This document shows, one piece after another, positions 29,146 through 38,815 of a DNA stretch of 64,000 nt. Every line of letters begins with the position of its first letter. The first letter of the stretch is position 1. The stretch covers positions 1 to 64,000 of IMG/VR virus record IMGVR_UViG_2940244548_000002; one strand, written 5' to 3'. The stretch comes from a virus. Lineage: Duplodnaviria > Caudoviricetes. The position numbers were made by a program, and so were the translations under genes. The notes beneath the pieces were generated by a model that did no database searches, was not told where the DNA came from, and saw only the letters and a list, made by a program, of their open reading frames with translations.

Positions 29146-29450
29146 TATTTACTTTTTGATAACTGGTATTTTGTTCCACAATCTAAACAAATAACTCTCA
29201 TGGATCCGCTCCTGGTTTGCCTTAACTTCCCATTGCATTGTGAGCATTGATGTAAACTACACCATTTTTCTACAGCTTTATTCCGTTTTGTAAAATCCTT
29301 TTTAGGCATCATATCAGGGTAGAGTATTCTACATATTTTGTTATATTCTCTACTTATCCACCTCCCACCTGGCTCATGGTGTAAACCGTCTCCCATCATA
29401 TCTCCAAGTTTGATGAGTTGATCATGGAGGAAATCTCGATCTTGTTTCAT
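29145..29450 (-). CDS. Zn-ribbon hypothetical protein
   Basis: CSQC...CLDC. Confidence 0.7.
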   Translation of the reverse strand: MKQDRDFLHDQLIKLGDMMGDGLHHEPGGRWISREYNKICRILYPDMMPKKDFTKRNKAVEKWCSLHQCSQCNGKLRQTRSGSMRVICLDCGTKYQLSKSK

Positions 29451-29461
29451 TTGAAATTGTT

Positions 29462-30961
29462 TTAATACACCTCTACTCCAGTACCCTTTTTACGTGCTGT
29501 TTTAGTCTCAGCAGATGTTTTAGGCAGTCTCCATCCACGAGCTTTAGCAACTCCAATATTAAACGCCTCCCACACTTTTACATCTCGAAACTCAAAGTGC
29601 ATGGTTCCTTTCTTGAATCCCTTGATCCTGAAAAATCCCCAGTCATACCATACTCCGAACTTCATTCTCTCCCAGTCTCCTCTGTTGTTATCAGATGAAT
29701 TGTGCATATTGAAAGAGAAATTATAAATGCTCTGGATGCTTTCGTATGGTGTAGCGGTGAGTAGGCACAAAGCTCTGATAAGATCATCAATTTTATCCCT
29801 ATTACCACTATACCGAATACTAAGCTCTCCACCATAAGAAACCTCACACATCCAGGGTACAATGAATTTTCTATTTATCATATAATCGCTGTTTGTTTTC
29901 CATTTCTCTCCAGCTGTTGAGTTCTCAGCCGAAAAAGAGCAGATCATATCAAAAGCCTCAATTAGAACCTGGCTCATTCGGTTTTCATGTGTTCCCACAA
30001 TTATCTCCATCATTTTATAGATGTTCTTAACGGTAAATGGGATGTGCTCCTGAGTTTCAACGAACTTATTAATGTTGTCTCTCACTCCTTTTGTAGAGTA
30101 TTTCTCCATGTTCAGATCTCTAAACACTTTCTCCCAGCACTGCTTTTGCAGTTCTTTCTTGTACTCATCACGAGTAATTTTACGATCTGAGTAATTTGTT
30201 TCTCCAGATCTATAGGCTCCGAACTTAACACCGTATTTGCTTATGGGTGCTGTTAATTCATTTATTTTGCTGGATACCTCCATCACCTCATCAAACATTC
30301 TCACAGCAGCAACATACCTCCAAACAAGATCACGCACATAGTTAGGCTTAACCAGCCCACCTGTGAGCGATTCTGGCTCATCCTCTATAGAAAAGTAATC
30401 AGAGAACTCATCCTCCTCTGTTCGGGGCTTATAAAGCCAAATACAGCCTACCTCTACATCTGTCTGCCTCTCTGAGGTGGAGAAACACCTGCCAAAATTG
30501 TCCTTTCTGCCTGATTCTTTTATAAGCTCATATATTTGAGCTTGTTTTGTGTTATAAGCCCTGAATATAGAGGCGTTGCAAAGTGATATAATTGTACAGC
30601 CAGCTGGAGCGATCTCCCAGGCGTGTAAAATATGCCTCTCCTCATCCGAAAATGGAGGATTCATAATGATTATATCCACATGGGATATTTGTTCGCTCCT
30701 GAGACTTAAAAAGTCGGCTGTTATGTATTTGCTCTTACTGGCTACAATCTTAGCCAGATCTTTGTTAATTTCGCACGTGAGGACTTCTTTAGCTCCATTC
30801 TCATTAAGATAATCTACTATGTTACCTTTGCCAGCAGATGGCTCCAGAAAGATCTTATCAAAAACCTCTACATTCATCAGCATCTGCTCTATTACTCCAG
30901 TGGGAGTAGGGAAAAAATCTTTGTTAAACATATATTTTCTATTTGCTAAAGTTTCTACCAT
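29462..30961 (-). CDS. N6-adenine-type DNA methyltransferase fused to DUF4942-like domain
   Basis: DFFPTP, LEPSAGKG, MNPPF; C-terminal FFRIKGFKKGTMHFEF. Confidence 0.85.
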   Translation of the reverse strand: MVETLANRKYMFNKDFFPTPTGVIEQMLMNVEVFDKIFLEPSAGKGNIVDYLNENGAKEVLTCEINKDLAKIVASKSKYITADFLSLRSEQISHVDIIIMNPPFSDEERHILHAWEIAPAGCTIISLCNASIFRAYNTKQAQIYELIKESGRKDNFGRCFSTSERQTDVEVGCIWLYKPRTEEDEFSDYFSIEDEPESLTGGLVKPNYVRDLVWRYVAAVRMFDEVMEVSSKINELTAPISKYGVKFGAYRSGETNYSDRKITRDEYKKELQKQCWEKVFRDLNMEKYSTKGVRDNINKFVETQEHIPFTVKNIYKMMEIIVGTHENRMSQVLIEAFDMICSFSAENSTAGEKWKTNSDYMINRKFIVPWMCEVSYGGELSIRYSGNRDKIDDLIRALCLLTATPYESIQSIYNFSFNMHNSSDNNRGDWERMKFGVWYDWGFFRIKGFKKGTMHFEFRDVKVWEAFNIGVAKARGWRLPKTSAETKTARKKGTGVEVY

Positions 30962-31193
30962 ATCCTAAGATACATCCAGGTAGGTGATCTGGATCGTTAA
31001 AAGCGTATCTATTTGTATTGCTAAATTCGCAGAAATCACAATATGAGTTTTGGCAATAACTTGGCTGTTTTATTTTATCAATTTGAGAAATTAAATGCTC
31101 ATATTTATTCTTGTACTTCTCGTGCTCATATCTCAGTTGTTTCAACTCAGATCGTAATTTTCTATATTTCTTATATGATAATATCAGTATCAT
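30939..31193 (-). CDS. Hypothetical protein
   Basis: 84-aa ORF, Cys-rich tail, coupled. Confidence 0.55.
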   Translation of the reverse strand: MILILSYKKYRKLRSELKQLRYEHEKYKNKYEHLISQIDKIKQPSYCQNSYCDFCEFSNTNRYAFNDPDHLPGCILGYGRNFSK

Positions 31194-31366
31194 GTTTTGT
31201 TGTTTTTAGCGTTATGTACTCCACGTGTATAATTACGTTCTATTTTTCTCACATCATTATATTTAGCTTGCTTGCTACTCTCAATTACTCTTTTGCCAGT
31301 TCCTAAGAGCTTACCTCCTTTGCCCTGCTCGTCCAGGGTTTCCTGTATTACTTTTAAGATTCCCAT
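31190..31366 (-). CDS. Small hypothetical protein (58 aa, not in ORF track)
   Basis: MGILKVIQETLDEQG...; ATGA overlap with the next gene. Confidence 0.5.
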   Translation of the reverse strand: MGILKVIQETLDEQGKGGKLLGTGKRVIESSKQAKYNDVRKIERNYTRGVHNAKNNKT

Positions 31367-31369
31367 TTC

Positions 31370-31663
31370 TTAATTATATTGATTAGTGCTCCATGAATAA
31401 TTATCACGTGTATCACGTCCATATTTAGCATCAAAAGCAATTCTCTTTTCAATCTCCTCATTTGCTTCTTTCTCAGTGTCGGCTGTACCTACATTGTACT
31501 CCTCACCATCAATCATTTCGATAATGTAAAATTTCCCTATTATTGCATTCATATTATTGTAGATTTGTATTAAATCAGTATGAGGATCGAACTCATATTT
31601 CCATGTTCCCAGTGTCCTATAATTAGACGATATACATTCTCTGGCTGTCTGGTGTCCTACCAT
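31370..31663 (-). CDS. Hypothetical protein
   Basis: ORF in the leftward operon; start uncertain. Confidence 0.55.
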   Translation of the reverse strand: MVGHQTARECISSNYRTLGTWKYEFDPHTDLIQIYNNMNAIIGKFYIIEMIDGEEYNVGTADTEKEANEEIEKRIAFDAKYGRDTRDNYSWSTNQYN

Positions 31664-31683
31664 TAGACGAACTGATTTTTTTG

Positions 31684-31959
31684 TTATTGTACCTCTATAT
31701 CCTTACACAAAACAACATCTCCAGCTATATAATCCCAGTCGAAAATAGCACCTCTCTCCAGGGCTGTTTTCGTTGCTGTTTCGTTTCGCTCACACGTATA
31801 TTTTCCCTCCTCATTGACAACATAGATCTCACCATTTTTCAGATCAATAATCTCTATGTATCCATCAACATATCCCTGGAGTTCGTCCAGCTTAAAATCG
31901 GTTCCGTTCACTGGGTGAATTTCGGTTATCTCCCCATTTACCTTGATTAGTTTAGCCAT
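31684..31959 (-). CDS. DUF3846-like protein
   Basis: LDELQGYVDGYIE...VVNEEGK...N..AT...IAGDVVL. Confidence 0.75.
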   Translation of the reverse strand: MAKLIKVNGEITEIHPVNGTDFKLDELQGYVDGYIEIIDLKNGEIYVVNEEGKYTCERNETATKTALERGAIFDWDYIAGDVVLCKDIEVQ

Positions 31960-32218
31960 TGTTTTCCTCCTTTCTGTAGATTGAATGGATCTCTTGTAGT
32001 GTGTCTGCATCTACTATAGCAATACGCTTGTAGTATTTCTCACAGGCAGCATCAAAACCACCACACCATTCTGTTTCTTTTTGGTACTGTTCTTTCACTT
32101 TCTCAACAAAGGATGGGATAGCATCTTTATCCATCACAGGGGTAGTCATTCCGATACGGATCTGATCCTCCGTATCATGCTGTAAAACTCTTACTCTAAT
32201 TAAATCGCTCATAATCAT
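31952..32218 (-). CDS. Hypothetical protein
   Basis: 88-aa ORF, coupled. Confidence 0.65.
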   Translation of the reverse strand: MIMSDLIRVRVLQHDTEDQIRIGMTTPVMDKDAIPSFVEKVKEQYQKETEWCGGFDAACEKYYKRIAIVDADTLQEIHSIYRKEENNG

Positions 32219-32243
32219 AAATCTTTAGTGTTGCATTACTATT

Positions 32244-32555
32244 TTAGTTGTTGGTATCGTCATTCATTTTATACTCTGGAAATCCCATTTCTCTATGAGC
32301 AATACCTGTTATATCCACATACAAGCAATACTCATCTGCTTCAACGATAAACCAGCCGTTGTTAAATCGGATGTAGCCATCTTCGTAGATGGTTTGTATC
32401 AATGTTCTATTATCGTCAAGGATAGCGGATGCAAGGTTATAAGGGTTCCTAATTGTTCCCTGATCACAATCATCAATCAAAGCCATTGCTTTTAGTGCAG
32501 CGTTTGCTAATTTTCTATTAGTGTATCCCTCTACTATCTTATGCGTTGCTTCCAT
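32244..32555 (-). CDS. Hypothetical protein, first gene of the antisense island
   Basis: 103-aa ORF downstream of the duplicated promoter. Confidence 0.65.
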   Translation of the reverse strand: MEATHKIVEGYTNRKLANAALKAMALIDDCDQGTIRNPYNLASAILDDNRTLIQTIYEDGYIRFNNGWFIVEADEYCLYVDITGIAHREMGFPEYKMNDDTNN

Positions 32556-32588
32556 TTTCTATATATTTTGCTCGTTATAAAACTAATT

Positions 32589-32615
32589 ACGATGCAAATA
32601 TAGGATATATATCCA
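32589..32615 (-). promoter_or_regulatory. Exact inverted copy of the cro promoter/operator
   Basis: Reverse complement equals 2672-2698 (TGGATATATATCCTATATTTGCATCGT); more TGGATATA half-sites up to ~32756. Confidence 0.85.
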
Positions 32616-32840
32616 AACAAACAAAGGAAAATGGATATAATTTGGATATATTTATAAAAATTCGGTGATTTTACGGCTTTTTTATATCCAGATTCAGGTA
32701 AATAGACTGGATATATTTTACTGCAAATTATGATATATCTATTTTCTTGGATATAATTTGTTATACTTCATACAACAAATAAAACACACTCTTTTTGTAC
32801 ACTTGGTAAATCTAAGCATCTGATCCTCTGTATTAAAAAG

Positions 32841-32883
32841 TGTGTTTGTCAGACACATATATCAGAATTTATGCTTATTTTTG
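32841..32883 (+). promoter_or_regulatory. 17-bp palindrome plus TATTTTTG -7 box upstream of head genes
   Basis: TGTGTTTGTCAGACACA at 32841-32857; TAnnTTTG at 32876-32883. Confidence 0.75.
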
Positions 32884-32909
32884 TGCGAACTAATTTTTTA
32901 TATAAAATC

Positions 32910-33512
32910 ATGAATAAGAAACTCTTTGTAAAAGTTAAAGACTTGTGTAAAGACACAGGTTTATCAGAGAAGTATCTCATAGCGATAACCGAAAAAATGG
33001 GTGGCAGCATTGAGGATGATTCGACTGATGAGGCAGCTATAGAGGAAGTGGCAAATCAGATAGTGGACATTGCGAAAGAATCGCAGGGAGAGGCTACCAG
33101 ATGGGCTAATAGCAAAAAGAAAGATGAAAAAGGATCCAAAGGCTCTAAGTCCGAAAAAGAAAAAGAAGAGGATGAGGAGGGTAAAGGAACCAAAGCATCT
33201 AAAGAGGATGCTGAAAATGAACGCTTAAAAGCTCTTGAAGAGGAGTTAGCTCTACTAAAGGGTGATAAAGCTAAGGAACAGCGTACAGCAGCTGTTAAAT
33301 CAGCTCAGGAAAAGCACAAAATTCCCGAATGGAGAATGAAAGGGCTTGTAGTTCCAGAGGATCAGGATCCCGATGAGTACCTGGCTGCTATTAAGCAGGA
33401 TCTCATCACTCAGAATCTTATGCCAGCTGATACGGAGGGCACAAAGGCAGCAAGTGAGCAGGCTCTGGATGAGGTGTCTGATAATTTGCTGGAATCAATC
33501 ACAGTTAAATAA
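32910..33512 (+). CDS. Putative head scaffolding protein
   Basis: Charged coiled-coil protein before decoration and capsid genes. Confidence 0.7.
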   Translation: MNKKLFVKVKDLCKDTGLSEKYLIAITEKMGGSIEDDSTDEAAIEEVANQIVDIAKESQGEATRWANSKKKDEKGSKGSKSEKEKEEDEEGKGTKASKEDAENERLKALEEELALLKGDKAKEQRTAAVKSAQEKHKIPEWRMKGLVVPEDQDPDEYLAAIKQDLITQNLMPADTEGTKAASEQALDEVSDNLLESITVK

Positions 33513-33520
33513 TTTAAGGA

Positions 33521-34159
33521 ATGAAAGCAAAAAGGTATTCATTTGGTGGGGAAAAGCCGATTTTCACAGGCTCTCCCTCTATTGTGCCTGGTGGTTTTAA
33601 TCTGGATGTAGAGGCTCAGAACTTTATTATAGGATCCGAGATTTCACCTGGTACACTTGCAATCTTTAATGAGCAAACCCGAAAGGTGAAAGTCATTAAG
33701 ACGGCAAAAGTGAAAAAGATAGAGAGTGATAGCAAAGTTATCTCTCTGGTTGCAAACGATACAGTAGAACCGTGTTTTGCTGTAGGTGATAGCATTCTGA
33801 AAGATGGTGCTATTTCTGGCTCTTTCGGGGATGCTCCAACGATTACTAAAGTGGAGAGAAAAAGTAACGGTGAGTACATCATTACTCTTTCTGCTGCTGT
33901 TTCGGGGCTGGCTGTTGATGATGCTATCGTTCAGGTAGTGGACAAAGAGGGAAATGCTGCTCTTATCGGTGATGCAAACTGTATCACATTTGACCGTACA
34001 GAGGTTAAAGAGGATGAGACAGGTATTGATGTGTGTGCTGATACAATGCAATATGCAATGTATGAAAGGAGGGTTAATCCTATCCCTGCCTCTCAGAAAG
34101 ATACCACTGGTAGCTATCTGAAAGCGAACCCACATATCAAACTTTCACAATCATTTTAA
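33521..34159 (+). CDS. Putative head decoration protein
   Basis: Between scaffold and capsid; PGGFNL, PGTL motifs. Confidence 0.65.
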   Translation: MKAKRYSFGGEKPIFTGSPSIVPGGFNLDVEAQNFIIGSEISPGTLAIFNEQTRKVKVIKTAKVKKIESDSKVISLVANDTVEPCFAVGDSILKDGAISGSFGDAPTITKVERKSNGEYIITLSAAVSGLAVDDAIVQVVDKEGNAALIGDANCITFDRTEVKEDETGIDVCADTMQYAMYERRVNPIPASQKDTTGSYLKANPHIKLSQSF

Positions 34160-34176
34160 AAAAGGAGGTTTGACTT

Positions 34177-35421
34177 ATGAGATCAATTTATTCAACATTT
34201 ACAGGCTTGCACAACGTACAGGGTAAGCCTCTGGATTTTCTGGCAGCGTGGAAAAAAACATTCGACAAAGCCAGTGAGAGAGAAGTGATTTTGTTCCAAA
34301 AAATGTATTCGGATGAGTATCTGGATTACGAGGCTCCACAGCTTTCTTTGACAGCTGAGGGGTTGATGGGCAAATATCGTTTCAGAGTGATGGCTACAGT
34401 TTTGGCAAATGAATCTCCAACTCCTTTGCGTAGAACTGATGGCTTTGATATTTGGACTAAGGAGATACCACGTGTAGGACACAAGTTCTTTATGAAAGTT
34501 TCGACTTATCGTAAATTGCTGGAAACTTACAAATCTCCTTATTTGAAAGAGCCACAAAAGGTTAAGCAAATTGAGAAAACATTGAAAAACGATGTTCAAA
34601 ATGCTTACCTGGGATGTAAGGATTATGTGGATTACGTGATGCTGAACGCTCTCTCTAACTGGGGATTGTGTAGATTCAAACCCGACTTGAACAACCCTGG
34701 TGGACGTGAGTATGAGGTGGATTATCAGATGGATGATGCCAACAAACTTGTTTCTGCTCTCCTTTGGAACGCAGCTAACTCAAACGCTGGCAAACTGAAC
34801 ATCACTTTGCTTTTAACTCAGATCGTAACGCTTTTCAAAGCTAAAGGAGTTGAGTTCAAAGAGATGATGATGGCTCCTGAGTTAATCTCTTTCATTCGTA
34901 TGGATGAGGGAATCAGGACTGCAATCTATGGCAAAGATAAATCTGCCAAAATCGCTAAGCTCACAGATCTTAACGAATATCTTTCTGAGAACGGAATACC
35001 TCCTATCAAAGAGGTAAAACGCTTAGTAGCTATTGAGAAAGATGGTGAAGCAAGCCCTCAGGATCCGTGGAATCACAACATGATCGTATTTATTCCTCAA
35101 ACTGATAACGGCAAACTTGGTATTGTTCAGCCGTCTATCGAGGATAACGAACTCATGGAGGAGGAAAACGTGGACTACATGGATGCTGGAAACGGTATCC
35201 GTATCGCTAAATGGCGTACTGGAGATTCTACTGGACAACAAACAGGAGAATACACCCAGGGATCTGCTCGTTTATTGCCGATCATTACAGAGATCAATGC
35301 TGTAGTGATTCTGCAAGTTCGTGGGTTCGAGGAAAAAATCGAAATCACAGAGAAAGCCGATGAGGTTATGTTTAACACTCTCTCTGATTACACCGCTGCT
35401 ACTGGTGTTTTGGAGGGCTAA
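34177..35421 (+). CDS. Major capsid protein
   Basis: 414 aa; position; SPTPLR, IPRVGHKF, DPWNHNMIVF. Confidence 0.8.
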   Translation: MRSIYSTFTGLHNVQGKPLDFLAAWKKTFDKASEREVILFQKMYSDEYLDYEAPQLSLTAEGLMGKYRFRVMATVLANESPTPLRRTDGFDIWTKEIPRVGHKFFMKVSTYRKLLETYKSPYLKEPQKVKQIEKTLKNDVQNAYLGCKDYVDYVMLNALSNWGLCRFKPDLNNPGGREYEVDYQMDDANKLVSALLWNAANSNAGKLNITLLLTQIVTLFKAKGVEFKEMMMAPELISFIRMDEGIRTAIYGKDKSAKIAKLTDLNEYLSENGIPPIKEVKRLVAIEKDGEASPQDPWNHNMIVFIPQTDNGKLGIVQPSIEDNELMEEENVDYMDAGNGIRIAKWRTGDSTGQQTGEYTQGSARLLPIITEINAVVILQVRGFEEKIEITEKADEVMFNTLSDYTAATGVLEG

Positions 35422-35433
35422 AAATATCTGATT

Positions 35434-35775
35434 ATGGAATTAAAAGTATTGAAGCCCTTTAGAGACAAAGAGGATGCAAAGAAAATCTATAAGGTTGGTG
35501 AAACAATCGAAATGGATAACCTGGAGAGGATCAATGATCTTGTAGTTCGGGGTATCTGCATCATCACAGCTGTGGAAACAAAGGAAAATTCTGGATCCTC
35601 TGATAAAATCGTATTCCTGGAAAAGGAGTTTGAGGTAAAAGAGGTAAAAGAGGCTTTGGTAGCTATCGGTATAACCGTGGCAGCTAACGCTGGTGCAAAC
35701 TCTATCAATAAGAAAATTTCTGAATTGACTGAGGAGCAAACAAAAGCGATTACCGAAATCCTTTGTAAAGAGTAA
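35434..35775 (+). CDS. Hypothetical head-associated protein
   Basis: KVLKPFRDK...YKVGE motif after the capsid gene. Confidence 0.7.
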   Translation: MELKVLKPFRDKEDAKKIYKVGETIEMDNLERINDLVVRGICIITAVETKENSGSSDKIVFLEKEFEVKEVKEALVAIGITVAANAGANSINKKISELTEEQTKAITEILCKE

Positions 35776-35780
35776 GGCTC

Positions 35781-36116
35781 ATGGGTAACTTAACGAAATA
35801 TGAGGCATTGCTGGGGGAATTGGAACCATATACCCCCAGTGCCCTTACCCTGAAAAAAGCCCTGGCAGATACTGGTATTTCAGATCTTAACGATGAGTAT
35901 GTAGCTAACAGTGATAAAAGATCTATTGCTTTAGCTGCTATAAGTGTACTCAAAAAAATGATCGTCCTTACCAGTGATAGCCTTGGTAAATCATCTCAGG
36001 GTTATAGTGTAGCTCAACTGGAGAAACGTATTAAGGATCTCTGTGCTGAGAACGGCTTGGATGCTTCGGAGTTTGTTGAAGTACCCTCTATTACGGACGG
36101 TTCAAACTTATGGTAA
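35781..36116 (+). CDS. Putative head-tail adaptor
   Basis: Position and size; ends in ITDGSNLW. Confidence 0.65.
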   Translation: MGNLTKYEALLGELEPYTPSALTLKKALADTGISDLNDEYVANSDKRSIALAAISVLKKMIVLTSDSLGKSSQGYSVAQLEKRIKDLCAENGLDASEFVEVPSITDGSNLW

Positions 36117-36117
36117 A

Positions 36118-36456
36118 ATGGGCAGGAATAACGGCACTTTCAGGTATAAGATAGTTCGGGAAGCTCAGAGAGATCAGGCTACAGGGTTTTACTCTCAGCC
36201 TGATAACTCTGGATCCGATGAGTGGCTACCTGGCTGTGAGTGCCAGATCGAAAAGTACATACCAGCAAAACAACGTATTGGTGTTGATGGACAGGTACAG
36301 ACTTACAATTACACGGTATTTATCCCTAAATACTTTAATGGTACGCTGGATCTGACTGCAATAATACAAATCATTGGTGAAGATGGGAGTATTGACGAAT
36401 TTCCTATTCAAGGTGTAGATAATTTCAACAGAAAGTATATCGAAGTATGGGGATAG
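36118..36456 (+). CDS. Putative head closure protein
   Basis: Position; beta-rich. Confidence 0.6.
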   Translation: MGRNNGTFRYKIVREAQRDQATGFYSQPDNSGSDEWLPGCECQIEKYIPAKQRIGVDGQVQTYNYTVFIPKYFNGTLDLTAIIQIIGEDGSIDEFPIQGVDNFNRKYIEVWG

Positions 36457-36917
36457 AATACACATCTGGTAAAGGTAAAATCAGTTCAGCTGTTATGGCA
36501 TTCCAGAAACGGCTTGAAACGGCTACTGTTTATTTGCTTAAATACTTAGGTGAAAGCCTGGTAAAGTACGCAAAAGAGCAGCACAATTATACCGACCAGT
36601 CAGGTAATCTAACTAACTCTATGGGCTATGTGATAGTGCAAAATTCAACACCTATACACTTTGGTGGATTAAACCAGCCTGGAGAGGGGGCTGATGCAGG
36701 GTTAAAGGTTGCTATGAAATTAGCAGCTGAAACTCCAAGCTCATTCTCACTCATCATTGTGGCAGGGATGAATTATGCTGCTTATGTAGAAGCAAAGGGG
36801 TACAATGTTATACTGCCAGCTGAATTAAAAGCAAAGGCTGAATTTCCAGCAGCTATGAGTAAACTGGCTACAAAAGCTAAGGCAAAAGCAAATGAATTAT
36901 TTGGTGATATTATATGA
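36447..36917 (+). CDS. HK97 gp10-like neck/tail completion protein
   Basis: YTDQSGNLTNS, VAGMNYAAYVE. Confidence 0.75.
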   Translation: MGIEYTSGKGKISSAVMAFQKRLETATVYLLKYLGESLVKYAKEQHNYTDQSGNLTNSMGYVIVQNSTPIHFGGLNQPGEGADAGLKVAMKLAAETPSSFSLIIVAGMNYAAYVEAKGYNVILPAELKAKAEFPAAMSKLATKAKAKANELFGDII

Positions 36918-37333
36918 TAACAACTGAGGAAATATCTGTTAGAGTTTACCAGCTACTCCAGGGGAGTGAGGTTAAGAGTATGATTTCTGGCTCTATCGAC
37001 TATGAGAGATCCGATTATTCAAAAGAGGATGTTATTATAGTTCCCCACGCTATTACTGGAGAGGATTCAGTTCGTTTCGGAGAGATCAAAATAAATATTC
37101 ATGTGCCTGATCTTATGAAAAAAGCCAAGCCGAACCCTGTATATAAAATCAACTTTCCACGGCTTATAGAGATACGTGCAAAGGTTATTGAGGTTCTAAA
37201 AAGCCATTATGAGCTGGGTAAAGGATATAACTGGACTATCGGTCTGTTACATCCACCCATAAAAGAACCTGATCACAATGAGCACTTTGTTTCTTTTGCT
37301 CTGGAGATAACAGTAAGAAGTAAAAAAGTTTAA
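36914..37333 (+). CDS. Putative tail terminator
   Basis: Position before the tail tube; INIHVPD. Confidence 0.65.
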   Translation: MITTEEISVRVYQLLQGSEVKSMISGSIDYERSDYSKEDVIIVPHAITGEDSVRFGEIKINIHVPDLMKKAKPNPVYKINFPRLIEIRAKVIEVLKSHYELGKGYNWTIGLLHPPIKEPDHNEHFVSFALEITVRSKKV

Positions 37334-37350
37334 TCAATAAAATTTAAGTT

Positions 37351-37860
37351 ATGCCTGTATTATCAACAATGGGATTAAAAAAGATCTGGATCACTCCATC
37401 TACTGGCAGTGAAACAATGCCTGCGAATGGTGCAGCATGGACAGATCTCGGAGACGTGTACAAGGATACTTGTACGCTGAAAGATTCTGATGGTACTGAA
37501 ACCAAACACGAATCGGAAACCTCCAGCAAGAAAATAGTAATGTATGAACCTGGTGAAACCTCTGTAGAGCTTACATTGATGGATCCAGATCTGGAATTGC
37601 TTGTAAAGTATTTTGGTGGAGAGATCCAGGGAACTGGGAAAAAAAGAACCTGGAAACGTCCAAGGGTACTCCCTTACAGCGAGTGGGCTGTTTGGCAGCA
37701 ACCTGAGGAGGGATTCCTGGTAGGATGTCCGAACGCTCGGATCATTCCTAAGTTTGAGATCACGTATTCTGCAAAAGGTATCTGTTTGGTTCCTATGACC
37801 ATCAAATACCAAGCTGAGACACATTTCAACGAGGAAAACAAAGCTCCTACAACTGCTTAA
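37351..37860 (+). CDS. Major tail (tube) protein
   Basis: Position; WTDLG.VYKDT; followed by a terminator and chaperones. Confidence 0.75.
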   Translation: MPVLSTMGLKKIWITPSTGSETMPANGAAWTDLGDVYKDTCTLKDSDGTETKHESETSSKKIVMYEPGETSVELTLMDPDLELLVKYFGGEIQGTGKKRTWKRPRVLPYSEWAVWQQPEEGFLVGCPNARIIPKFEITYSAKGICLVPMTIKYQAETHFNEENKAPTTA

Positions 37861-37880
37861 AATTCCCAGGAGTAACATGG

Positions 37881-37915
37881 GAAGCCTCCTGCCTTCCGCT
37901 GGGGGCTTTCTTTTT
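37881..37915 (+). terminator. Intrinsic terminator after the tail tube gene
   Basis: GAAGCCTCC...GGGGGCTTTC then TTTTT. Confidence 0.7.
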
Positions 37916-37928
37916 AATATTACGAAAT

Positions 37929-38579
37929 ATGATAGATGAGGAAAAGAAAGAATTAACAAAAGAGGAACGCCTGGAGATTGAGGAACAGGCTATTCAGGCT
38001 CTTTTGCAAATGGGAGCTAAGTTCTCGGTACCATTAAAAATAGAACCACGCAAAGCTCCTAAAAGAGTGCTTATGTGGAATAAGTTATTCCCTGGTAAAG
38101 CAATAAACTGGAGGGATAAACGAATACCTAAAAAATGGGATGTGGAGACTATTTCTATACCTGATGTAGATTTTGGTGCTATCAAAGAGACTATAGTACG
38201 GAATTTCCACATCAAACCTCTTTACTTAGGTACCATAGATACGCTCAGAAAGCTGTATCTGGAAATTGAATACAATGAGGAGGCTATACAAGAGCAGCCA
38301 TTAGCCGAAAGCAAGGAGCTGTTTAAATATATTCCTGTGATGGCTGAGATAGCAGCTATAGCTATAATCAATAATGGGGAGATTGCTAATCCTCTGAGTA
38401 AAGAGACAAAGGAACTGAAAGAGTTTTTCATTAAGCACTTGACTGTTGGCAGACTGCAGAAACTGGCTGGTGTGATAAATCAAATGATGAACCCAGGGGG
38501 TTTTACGACCTCTATTCGATTGATAAGGGAAGTGGGAGCGACCAAACCCAGAGCAGATCGGATAGAGTTACAGGACTAA
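37929..38579 (+). CDS. Tail assembly chaperone (G)
   Basis: Between tail tube and tape measure; slippery GGGTTTT at 38498-38504. Confidence 0.75.
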   Translation: MIDEEKKELTKEERLEIEEQAIQALLQMGAKFSVPLKIEPRKAPKRVLMWNKLFPGKAINWRDKRIPKKWDVETISIPDVDFGAIKETIVRNFHIKPLYLGTIDTLRKLYLEIEYNEEAIQEQPLAESKELFKYIPVMAEIAAIAIINNGEIANPLSKETKELKEFFIKHLTVGRLQKLAGVINQMMNPGGFTTSIRLIREVGATKPRADRIELQD

Positions 38580-38815
38580 ATAGTCCGTGGGGTAGTCGTG
38601 GAGCTATACTCAAAGAGTATGGGTGGACTTATGACTATTTGCTCTGGGGAATTTCCTGGCTCAACGTGCAAATAATGATACAAGATGCTGCCAGGATAAA
38701 AGATGATCCGAAAGAGGGAGATGAGGATGATGGAGGAGCTGGATCTGGTGAAGTAATACACCAGGAATTAAAAACAAAAGAAGATATTAAAAATCACCTT
38801 AAAGGACTGATGTAA
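38498..38815 (+). CDS. Tail assembly chaperone -1 frameshift extension (T)
   Basis: -1 frame open 38504-38815 (...SPWG...YGWTYDYLLWGISW...), stop overlaps the TMP ATG (TAATG). Confidence 0.75.
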   Translation, partial: GFYDLYSIDKGSGSDQTQSRSDRVTGLNSPWGSRGAILKEYGWTYDYLLWGISWLNVQIMIQDAARIKDDPKEGDEDDGGAGSGEVIHQELKTKEDIKNHLKGLM

